From NCBI RefSeq assembly GCF_001194135.2, contig NC_068983.1:65968044-66032043 (forward strand): a DNA stretch of 64,000 nucleotides. Reading direction: 5' to 3'. The notes below the pieces were generated by a model. It saw only the letters and a program-made list of their open reading frames with translations, was not told where the DNA came from and made no database searches. Source of the stretch: Octopus bimaculoides. Lineage: Eukaryota. Both the position numbers and the translations under genes were made by a program. Below are positions 53,126 to 64,000 of the stretch, in pieces. Numbering within the stretch: position 1 is the stretch's first letter; each line of letters begins with the position of its first letter.

Positions 53126-54937
53126 CTCCCCTTTCTTATTCATAATGTGTTAAATCTAGAAAGAAATCAAAATTAAGTGAATTAGCTGCTTGTATACATT
53201 TTGGGGGACAAAGACACTCAACACATTTATAGGAGTCACGTATATTATCATTTAAAACTGTTTGATTCGACTCCATGTGACTTAAAGCTTCGCAGGATTT
53301 TCACAAAAACATAACTCGTTCTGGATCAGATTACCGAAATGAGAAACAGGAGTCTAAGATGGCTACTGGAAGCTCAAGATTACTACTAGAAAATAGGCTG
53401 CTATTGGTCAAACCAGGTCACAAGGTGTTGTTAGGAGTGATATCGGCATTTCAGTCGATCACTTTATATATAGAAGTGATGGATACCAATCCCGGTTCGA
53501 TTCAGATAAGTGATGTTGGTGAGCTACAAAAATAGTGAAATTTCGGTATCCATCACTCCTGGACGGGCCTGGGAGTGAGTTGTCTCGCATTTCTATAACT
53601 TACAGATGTTGAATATGTACGCTTGAAAATGGTTACAACAGTGGCTCTGCTTTTAATTCATAATTGTATTTAATCTTATGTATTCATCGTCGAGGCATAG
53701 CAGCAAAATGTTCTTACACTGTTTGTATATAGCTATAGACTGGCAATTCAGCTCGTCCCCGGTTCGATCCAAGTAAGTAATGTTGATAAGTCACAAAGAT
53801 GGCGAAACATCAGTATCCATCACACCTGGATGGGAGTGAACGAGTTGTCTAGCCTGTCTATGACTTTCAGGTGCTTTAACACCCAGTGCTATGAGGGAGT
53901 CGTCCCTAGAGCGTTGTAACCCAACAAGCCAGCGAACAAACAAAACTCAAACAGTGAGTATATGCAATCGATAATATGCGTGCGTGCGTGTGTGTGTGCG
54001 CGCGCGCGTGTGTGCGTTTGTGCGTGCGTGTGTGTGTGTGTGTTTGTATGTGTGTGTGTGCGCGCGCGCGTGACTTTGTCGTGTTTTAATTGCGACTTAG
54101 TATGGTATTAAACAGAAATATCCTTTATTTCGAAATATTTCCCCGAAAGCTCTGGCGTATTGTAGTGTTATATAAAAATACCAGTATTCACTGATATTTC
54201 GCTACAAACTTCGTATATCATTTTATAGAAATATAGTTCCATCTGATTATTTACTACAGCTGTTGTATATTGCATTATTGCAGTATTATAGAGAAATATC
54301 ATAGCAAAATGTTTCAAAACAAACTTAGAAAGTTGTATTATATTATAATATCAGTATCACCCAAATTTTCCACCACAGAAAACTTATTTATATAAATTTG
54401 AGTAACTGCTCTGGTGCATTGTATGTAGTATTCTATAGCAATATCCAAACCACCTGATATTTTTCAACAGCTGTAGTATATAGATTATGCATTGAATTTT
54501 TAAAGAAATATCAGGTGCTATCACCTGATACTTTATCAAAGACAATTTATTTAGCCATTATCTATTGTCAACTTTATTGGTTCAAAGGTCGGTTCGATAT
54601 CTGATATATTTCACAGATTACCATAAGTAATACTGAGATGTTATTTTCTTCAATCATCTTAGTCGAAGCTGTTGATAGGCCCCAGGTCAGCTCTGATAGA
54701 GTAATAGCTATATATGAGCAACCCGCCGTTTTTTTTTTAGAAATCTATGACTAGCTCTCTTCATTTTTTTTAAGACGATAAGTGCAATAACTTCCTTGTA
54801 ATTATACTGGATTTTTGTAAATATTTTGTAACAGAACGTTCCCTTAAGGTCTTTTCTTTCTTCCACAATGTTGGTATTCATAATCAGTAACACTACATTC
54901 CATATATATATATATATATGTTAAAGTCTGTCATACC

Positions 54938-54977
54938 GGTCATGACGAAGGGAAATAGCCCTGAAACTCGAGTCGCC
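54938..54977 (+). ncRNA. Minimal type I hammerhead-ribozyme-like motif, one core lesion
   Basis: ggt-C(A)TGACGA-aggg(aaatag)ccct-GAAAC-tcga-GTC-gcc; helix III is the palindrome ACTCGAGT. Confidence 0.45.
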
Positions 54978-55369
54978 TTTATATATTTATATTTATATAT
55001 TTGATCCTTTATATTGAACACTCAATATTTCATCTACATTCAATACTTTTTTTCATGGTGCCATCCATTTTTATTTTATTTTATATTATATATTGTATAT
55101 TATATTATATATTCCATATTCTATACCCCACATTGGTTCTGCAGGAATATAAATAAAACATAAAAAACAGACAGTGTTGGAACTCTTTTAAACAAAATAA
55201 TATATTCCTCTATACACAATCATACAAAAAAACCACCTTTTTTGTATNNNNNNNNNNAGCACGAAGTATTGTCAGTGAACAGGTCGCTGTTTCAAAGGTA
55301 CGAAAATATTTTGACACAAATTAAAGGTTTTTTATGTTTTTAAATGGCTTATAAACATCTTCCACGATT

Positions 55370-55407
<38 letters not shown>

Positions 55408-56803
55408 CGAAGAGGAGGATCTTACCATTATTGTTGCTGCAGTTGTTTGTTCTTTAATCCCATGCCTATTCTGGTCAAATTCATCAAAGATATTCCACCC
55501 TTGACCATGCCGCCTAATTTTTTGCTTTCCTGAATTATCTAGAACTGCATGATCTGCTGTGTCCTTTCTATATAAAAAACAACAAAATGGGATTTGTGGA
55601 AAATGTAGCTGTTATTTCCAGAAAGCCGTTTGGCTACGTAAATGCTTCATTGTTTTTGATGATGTTGCCGTTGTTGTTGTTGTTGTTGTTGTTGTTGCAC
55701 TTGCTAATGATACCATCGTTATCGATGAAGTTGTTATTGCTTCTGCTGTTGTTGCTGACGTTGACACTAATGATGATGAAGATGATGATGATGATGTTTT
55801 TTGCTCGTGCTGTTGATTATTGGTGTTACTGATGTTGATGAGGTTGTTGTCAACTTACTTTTTGTTGTTCGTTTGTTGTTATTGTTATTATAGCTACTCT
55901 TAAAAACGTTTCCAACGCTACTGTAGTTGTTGTTGTTGGTGGTGGTGGTGGTGGTGGTGGTGGTATTGTGTCTTTACTGCTGCCAGTGCAGGTGCTGTTT
56001 CTATTACAGCCTGCTATCTATCAAATACTACTACCATATCAGATCTGTGCTGCAATTAAACACCATTAATTAACAGAACCATTTTCTTCTGTCATCGTTC
56101 TATTCAGTCTGGCTGGAACCATTCTCTTCAAACATCATGAAACTGCTTTTGTCTATTTTTATTTTTTGTTTTTCTTTCTTTCTTTTTTTGTTTTTGTTTC
56201 GTGCGCGTCTTCACTAATTTATTCAAATATTTAATACGTCTGTCACTCTTATCGCATTTTTTTTCCTTAAATTAGCATTATTGTTATTGTTATTATTATT
56301 ATTATTATTGATGTGGCAAAAATCATACAGCGTTGGATTAAATGCTTTCCAGTATTTAGTTTACATTTTACTCAGATTTTCCATTCATCCCACAATGTCT
56401 GAACTAAGGTTTTTGGTACTAAAGATGCATGATACGATCTTTGAGAATCTGCGGAGGATACGGGTGACTGTTCAGAAACTGCGGAGGACGTGTTATATTC
56501 GATTCCAAAAGGATACAGGTGACGAAGTGGACACGATCGACTTCGATGGTCTACAGTAGTCCAAGAAGAATGAAGAATTGTGCTGTGAAAATCCGATTTC
56601 AGCTTCTGAAATAATAGGCGCTAAGTCTTTGGATTGCGAGAGTTATGTCACCAGATCTGGAGAGTTTTTCTTTTTTAGCTTTATTACAGCAAGTCAGAAT
56701 CGGTCAGCCCTCTCTTGACAGAAATACAGTACCATGCAGAAAGAAATTTCATTTTGTGTGAGCTGTGAAACAGTGGGTTAAGTCAATATAGACATACATA
56801 TTT

Positions 56804-57002
56804 GTTTCAAATTTTGGCACAAGGCCTGCAACTTCAGATGCGAGGTAAGCCGATTACATCGACTCCAGTACATATTTCATCGACCCCCGAAAGAATGAAA
56901 GGCAAAAATCGACTCCGGCATTTGAACTCACAACGCAAAGTAGAAAGAAACGGAGCTAAGCATTTTGCCCGCGCGGAAACGATTATGCTTGCCCACCAGC
57001 TT
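56804..57002 (-). mobile_element. SINE family A
   Basis: Full-length reverse match. Confidence 0.8.
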
Positions 57003-57259
57003 AATCAGGCCTTACATATCAAAAGACAGTATATGTGTGTGTTTGTGCGCGCGCGCGTGTGTTATATCATATATTATATCTATTAGATGTTGATACGCAT
57101 AGTTTAAATTATTTTGTTGTTTACATTATTTTAATTATTATCACTCTAGTCTAAAACATATATAACTCTTACATACAGAAATACATACTCAATGTCAATG
57201 GTGCATACACATATATAAATATATATACATACACATATATAAATATATATGTATGTGTG

Positions 57260-57579
57260 TGTTGTGGCGATAGCCACGATACCCCGCTTCGAGAACAGAC
57301 TTGACCAAACGACTATAAACAGTAGCGGTCTGAATGAGAGAGTAGGTGTTAATTGTAGGAAGTCGTAAGATGTCGTTTTGGTAGTTTGTCAGTATATCGT
57401 TTGTTGGTTCGTGCATAGTTCATGAATAGACTGTTGGATTATTTTGTTGTTGTTACCCTTCTTCGTTATATGTTTATTGTTACTACAATGTTATAGTGTA
57501 AACAAGTATAGTCATAAATAGTGGTCATACTACAATAATTTGTGACGCGTAACTATGTTACAATAATTGGTGACGAGGA
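57260..57579 (+). mobile_element. Gypsy 5' LTR (57260-57565) and primer-binding site (57568-57579)
   Basis: Starts TGTTGT, ends ACAATA (decayed ACAACA), then AT-TGGTGACGAGGA, immediately upstream of gag. Confidence 0.65.
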
Positions 57580-57630
57580 TTCAAAGTTCACCTAGGTCAG
57601 TTAACAATTTTTTGTGATGCAAAGCTGTTA

Positions 57631-58726
57631 ATGATGGAAGACTTATTAGCTTCTATAATACAGTTTCAGAAACAGCAGCAAGAACAGCAACACGAGTTGC
57701 AGAAACAACTGCTTCAGCAGCAAGAAAAACAACAACAGTTAATGGAGTTATGTCGTGAGAAGTTCAGAAACACTAAAGATTCATTTACGCCAGTTGGTGT
57801 ATCGAACTCTATAACAGAATTCAGCTATTACCCAGAGTAAAGTATAACGTTTGCAGCGTGCTTTAGAAAGTACGAAAAAATTTTCAAGGGAGATAGCAAG
57901 TCGTGGACGGACAACGAACAAGTAAGACTATTATTACGTAAATTAGCGCCGGCTAAACATGAAAAATATTGTAATTTCATACTACCCGAAAAAACTAGTG
58001 AAATTTGTTTCTAGGAAACAGTCGAACTACTATCAAACATGTTCAGTGACAAGAGTTCTCTACTTGATACTCGATTGGAGTGCTGGAATCCAGTTAAAAG
58101 AGATGAAGACTTTGTCATGTAAGCCGGGACCGTAAACGAAATGTGCGAAACGATTAAACTGAAGGAACTAACTCGGGCTATGTTTAAGTGCCTCATTTTT
58201 GTAGAAAGGCTTACGGCAGCCAAAGATGCGAGGATACGTGCAAGAATTGTCACAAAACTTGAACAAGCAGACCAAAGTTTAACCCTGCAGACAGTTGCGG
58301 AGGAGTGTCAAAGAATAGTAAACGTACGTCAGGACGTAAAGAAAATTGAAGAAACGGAATTCTCACAAGTACAAGCGTATCGATTGGGAAGTTAGAAACA
58401 AAAAAATATTAAGACCAAACACATGCTACGGATGTGGAGCCCAACATTTCAAGAAGGATTATCCTTTCAAAATGCAAAAATGTTATAGTTGCCAAAAGGT
58501 AGGGCACAAGAGCTCACATTGTAGAGCAAAGTTAGGAAGATCGAACATAAAAAATTCTAAAGTTCTCTCAACGGAAAGTAGAAACGACACCAAAAAGTGG
58601 AAATTAGTACATGTAAAAGTAAACGAAGTGAATAGTAAATTACAACTAGATACTGGTAGTGACATCTCGATTATTAATACTGATACTTGGATAAGCATTG
58701 GGAGACCTACGTCAAGAAAAACATAG
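57631..58726 (+). mobile_element. Ty3/Gypsy gag-protease relic (K02A2.6-like)
   Basis: Q-rich N-terminus; KVRLLLRKL-like VRLLLRKL; FKCLIFV..L..DARIRARI; two zinc knuckles CYGCGAQHFKKDYP and CYSCQKVGHKSSHC; protease LQLDTGSDISII; several stops; no RT, integrase or 3' LTR. Confidence 0.88.
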
Positions 58727-59875
58727 CCAAGAAAGTGAGGATTGTCATAGGCGACCTGGTGTGAGAGGCACAGACATGTGCCATCCCAGGAAGGACGATA
58801 CATGAAAATCTTCATCTCATTCGCTGCACCATAGAGAGGGTTGGTAAAGTTCCTGGCAAAGGTGGGGCACTGGTGAATTTGGATCAGTCTAAGGCATTCG
58901 ATAGGGTCGACCATCGGTATCTGGCGGAGGTCCTCCGGGCGATCGGACTGGGCCCGACTTTCCGAGGCTGGATCGAAGCTTTGTATTGCAACATCGAATC
59001 TGTCGTTCGGGTGAATGGATTCTTCTCGAACCCGTTCGCAATCTAGCGTTCAGTTGAGCAGGGTTGTCCCCTGTCCCCGCTCCTGTATGTATTGGCTCTT
59101 GAGTCACTGCTGCGGAGATTGGGGACTATGGGGACAGACCCGCATGATCTGTGTTACGGTAGAAGTGCGACGGCATATGCGGATGCTGCTACCATCATCG
59201 TGTCTCACGAAGGGCAGCTACCTCGTGTATAAGACGCCATCAACAGATACGAAGCGGTGGCAGGGGTAAAAATTAACCAGGAGAAATCAGTCGGCTTGCA
59301 ACTCGCACCTGGCGTGGCAAGTCGATGCCTCCTAACAGCATCGCCGGACGCTAGACGGAGGGCCCAGTTAAATTGCTCGGAATCTGGTTTGGACCAGATC
59401 TCCAGGTGGAGAAAAACTGGAGCGAGGTGACGAGTAAGGTGACGACCATAACCCAGACCTGGTCTGGAAGGACGTTATCCTTACTAGGAAGGGCCGAGGT
59501 TGCTCAGGTGTTTACAGCATCTTTGATAAATTACGACCTAACGGTCGTGCCTTGCCCCGGTTTGTGGCTGACCAAGTTGGAACGGATCCTTTTCCGCCTT
59601 TTGTGGACAGGGAAACGCCACTTGCGAGGCACTCCATCTGCTGCCAGAAACCTTTAAAGGGTGGACTGGGGATGCCTTGTCTGATGATGCGCAAGTATGC
59701 ACTGAGGCTGAGACATCTCTGGCGCTACCTGGTTGGTGAGCAGGTGTGGTCACCGCATGTCAAGCAACTTCTTCCACAATTGAAGTCCCTCAACGACTTA
59801 GATACATGGATCAAGCGGAGACCTGGGATGGGAGAATGGCAGAAAGAGAGCACACAAGCACTCACTCTGTTCTCT
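58726..59875 (+). mobile_element. L1-Tx1 clade reverse transcriptase fragment, 5'- and 3'-truncated
   Basis: QTCAIPGRTIHENLHLIR; LDQSKAFDRVDH; QGCPLSPLLYVL; AYAD; KINQEKS; LGIWFG; LSLLGRA; GGLGMP; stops and frameshifts. Confidence 0.88.
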
Positions 59876-59959
59876 CCAAGCGAGCTTTTTGAAAATCAGT
59901 GTAAACTGTGAAACCCGTTAAAAGATATTTTAACTATTTTCAGCTTCTATTTTTTCTAC

Positions 59960-60062
<103 letters not shown>

Positions 60063-61224
60063 CAAAACATACTTTATTACGCTCGACATAAAATTGTGAT
60101 TCAATGTTTCTCTTTAATAGACATAACACATACATGTGGTATAAAACGGGAATTTTTATTGCATTCTTTCTCACTAATATCTAAAAGAGAATATTTCTTA
60201 TTTCAAGGTGATATCATTGAGATTATTTCTCATATTTATTTACGTGTGTAAAATGCGAAAATTCCCATTATATCAGAAGCACTCGTCTTTGGTAGCAAAG
60301 AAAAGATAAAGATATTTTCGAGAGTGCGGGAAAAATAGAAAATTTATGGTTTTTAGACTATTATTATGTCAAATGTAATTGATTCAACAAACGATATAGT
60401 TAAAGTTTTACACTGATTCGATGGTGACGTCATAGTTGTCATAGTTGGAAAGATATATGGTTTCTTAATAAAATTCTAGAAGTTGGACCATTATACATCT
60501 CACAATCTGACTGACATCTTAATACTAATTCAAATGTATATCTTAATTCTTTTCTTATCCTTTACATGAAAAAATTCAACTGGAAAATTGAATGTAAAGA
60601 AAATTAACTACATTTATTTAATATGAATGAGTGCGATCGATTCCAAAGCCACAGTCTTCGGCGAAAAGATAATAAAGAATATAGACATATCAACATTTAT
60701 TGGAAACTAAAACGTCACGTCACTCCATGCAGCTGTGAGTTTACTCCACTGGAGATCTTGGTGCTATTGACCGAACAATATTTCATCATCTAGAAAATTA
60801 ATAGATATACTGAAAAAGTTTTGCTTTTTAGTTTACGAACGTGAACACACGCACTTATGTATGTATATGCAGAGCAGTATGGTTAAAAACGTTTCTTAGC
60901 AAGCACGTGTTCTCAGTTTCGAGACCCACAGAGTGAAAAGTTCAGCAAGCGTTTCTAACTTTGGGCTATACAATATACGCTGAGCTCAATTATGTAACGG
61001 AAACTGCTCAGATCCCGTCGTATACTGACATACATACACACACCACTTTCCATTTCCTTTTACCTTCCACCCTACTACTCTGCCCTTACAATGTGCCACT
61101 CCGCCCCCTTTTTCACTGCCTCTAATGTAAAACTGCCACTTCCTGCTTCTTGCCTCTTCCACCTATTCTTTCTTTCAAGCAAACCTGCAAACTTCGCCAC
61201 CTCCTCATCCCTAGCACCTCCTTT

Positions 61225-61800
61225 TCCACACCCCATTCAATTGTCAGGGATGGAATGAACAACCTTCTGAAGTATGTCGTCAGGGATATCAAGGAGAACC
61301 TCCTGAATCCATGTCACCAAGTCCTCCAGTGTGCGAGGTTTTGTCTTGCACACCTCTTTTGTGTAACCTCACAGGTAAAAATCACATGGAGTGAGATCTG
61401 GACTTCTGCAGTCACAGTCTTCAGGTTTTAGCTCCTGCACGTAATGGGGTTTCTACGGATGGAAATTCAATTTTTTATGCAACACCGTATGTATTGTGTG
61501 TCTTGTTAGTCCAGTTTCACGAGCTGCTTTGACGTGTTGATTTTTGCGGTCTTCGATTAGACATTTCCTGCACTGTTGCCACGTTCTCCGTTGATCGGGA
61601 TGTGGTTGGACGGTCACTTCTTCTTGCATCTTTCATAGAGCCTGTGGTCATCAGCTTTGCATAACAACTTTTTATTGTCTTCGGACGTAGTGTTGCATGC
61701 TTACCTTTCTATGCACGCCATCAACTCTGAAGCAAAGCAATGGAAGTTCACATTTCATAGCGTACTGCTATCTTAGCTCGCTCCTAAACAGTCAAGCGAC
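61225..61800 (-). mobile_element. Tc1/mariner (rosa/maT-like) transposase relic lacking the catalytic core
   Basis: TGSMKDARRSDRPTTSRSTENV..QKSTRQAARETGL..KKLNFHP*KPHYVQELKPEDCDCR fused to SPDLTPCDFYL*GY.K..KPRTLEDL. Confidence 0.8.
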
Positions 61801-62697
61801 CGGCTATCTGAAAAGTAAGAAAGAAGACAATAAGAAAATAAGAAATCCCCACTAGTGTTGTCTGTTTAAAAAAATATTTTCGTCATGACTTCAGTGATAC
61901 TAAAATTCTATAATGCATTTTTCACTGCCTGCCTCTTAAATATAACCACTCCCTTTTATTTCCCTCCCCTCTCCCATACTGCTCCTCGGTACCCCACTCA
62001 CACCAATACATCCCCTACTACCGACATCTCACCCTCACCCCCACACACACCCTCACAACTCTCAGCACATGCATATCACCATTCTCCCATCATACTGTTT
62101 CCCTGGCACATACGTATCCACTAACACTACTTACACATTCGCATATAAATACACACCTGCACTTGAGGGCACATCCACCCTCACAAGTACATGATACTCT
62201 GACACTTACATGTATTCTCACTCATACACTTTCCTTCTCCCTGCCAGCCCAGCTTTACTTGTTCAACACATCCCTTGCCACATACTCTCCGACTCACCGA
62301 CTCTTTAGTTCGTTATCACACATCTACGTGCGCGTGCACTTCTTACTCATCCTATCGTATTACTTCCCATCCATTTCGTTCACTTGCCAACGAGTTTTTC
62401 ATATTCCTTTTGATATATTTTTTCTTCTTACTACAAGACTTGCCATGCCACACGCCCCGATTGCACTTCCATGGCCTATTTTTATCTTACATAACTTACC
62501 TCTAGAAATTATGACTGGATTCTAGCATTTTAACATCGTTAAACCCTTAGAACTCTGCTCAGCAATGAAAAAATATTTTGCTAAAAACATACATTTTCTC
62601 CTTTTTATTCTCCCCTGCTTTAAAGTTTGTTTACGTGCTTGCACTTTCGCTTGCTTTCTCCCTTCTCGGACTTCGCACCAGTTATGTAACCTTCACA

Positions 62698-62913
62698 AAA
62701 TACCTACGCCGAACTATTAAGGAATCTACAACTGCTCTATCCAGATTACAAGTTCAGGTTTATACCTGTAATTATTGGGGCACTGGGATATGTAACACAC
62801 TGCCAAAATACCAAAGCTTCTCAAAACCAGAAGAGAGAAAGCAGATTCGAAGACAACAAATCCAGTCCATCGCTACAACAGTAAACATCTGCAAAACTAA
62901 AGAAAATTTATGA
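62698..62913 (+). mobile_element. R4/Dong-type LINE extreme 3' fragment
   Basis: TYAELLRNLQLLYPDYKFRFIPVIIGALGYV..IQSI..TVNICK; homologous to 27410-27637. Confidence 0.75.
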
Positions 62914-63284
62914 AAAACAAATGAAATAAAAAAATTAAAAAACAATAAAGATTAAATAGCATAAGTTGAAACGTAAAGAATAATAAAAATATTCAGATAG
63001 GAATGTTACTGGATATTGTAGCATATATAGGTGGGAATGCACACATATACACAATTAGTTAAACGAATGCGTGTATTCTGTACACGCATAATCAGATGAT
63101 ATATCTAAGTGTACAGAAGTAGGAGCGTTTAGTCTGATGGTTATAACAAATTGCAGTATGTCAATATATGCTTGTCAGCATGCTTACATTTGGCAAATAC
63201 CTCAGATCTCGCGTATAAGAGGTTTAGCAGAATTCTGAAAGGTTTTATGAGTGTGATTATTTTTAGCCGCAAAAATTCACACAT

Positions 63285-63480
63285 TAACTTATGCTTCATA
63301 TAGTTTCGAACACTGAAATATCTTCCACCTTATTATAGTTAATTCCTTCAGTTTTGTCTCTTCAGTGTAATTAATTAAGGAAGTATGGTTAAAGCCTTGC
63401 TCTTTAAATTTCCCTCCAGTGTTTGTGTACGACAGCAAAGTATAGTTTGGTGAAGGTAGTTTGAGCTTCATATACAGTTG
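63285..63480 (-). mobile_element. Penelope-like GIY-YIG relic, very decayed
   Basis: VYEAQ..GKFKE..FNHTS..TKL..IRWKIF..Y pattern. Confidence 0.35.
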
Positions 63481-64000
63481 ACTCAGTACTACATGACTGA
63501 GTTAGTGGGTATATATATTTCTGAATGAACAGCTGGTCTTGGTTCATTTAGGTGGTGTATGCGTAATAATTAATGGTCCTCTTGTTTGCGGAAAGATTAT
63601 AATTGCATTTAAAATTATTGCTATTGAAAAACGTTTTCCAAATTTAAGGTTAGTGCAAAAATGTTAATCGCTAAAACCAAAATAAAAAGCAACAAAAAAA
63701 AACGAAAAACAAAAAAATGTTCATGGACTAGAGAGTAACAGCTACTACAAGCTAGTGCGTGAATATATAAAAGTGAAGCAAAATAGTAATGTAGCTCACA
63801 AATTAAATAGGATTATAGGTTTGAGTGCGAAGTTTGTTATACTTAAGTACTTTAAAAAAATATTTGCCTCTAACCCATAATACAGGTGAATTAACTCTGC
63901 TAAATCGAAATCGGATTAATTTACAAGAAAAATTTAGGTAACGTTAACAGCAATATTAGAAAAGTAACTAACCTTCAACAATAGTGCAGTCATTCGTTGG

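Noticed and set aside
56400-56560. Acidic stretch like a piggyBac N-terminus
   Set aside because: No TTAA/TIR or catalytic region nearby, and frameshifts are needed to see it.

Overview
AT-rich eukaryotic genomic DNA with about a dozen N-gaps, most flanked by microsatellites. The repeat content (dense di-, tri- and tetranucleotide arrays, several tRNA-headed SINE families, and Penelope-like, RTE, R4/Dong, L1-Tx1, Gypsy, Tc1/mariner and Merlin relics) is what I would expect of a coleoid cephalopod, probably Octopus (inference, not verified). No intact host gene can be named, and I found no rRNA, intact tRNA or CRISPR array. Almost all ORFs in the supplied track are microsatellite or N-gap artefacts or transposon fragments. 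Best leads: (1) a 1.08-kb element with 24-bp perfect inverted repeats beginning with a Transib/RAG-like CACTATG heptamer; (2) a possible compact 5-exon gene at 11021-12866 with one apparent frameshift; (3) a minisatellite born from the sequence just after the catalytic motif of a Penelope-like RT; (4) hammerhead-ribozyme-like relics; (5) a Tc1/mariner MITE nested in a Merlin transposase; (6) a Gypsy gag-protease joined directly to an L1-Tx1 RT; (7) a nested inverted SINE cluster. All translations and alignments were done by eye; no database searches were run.
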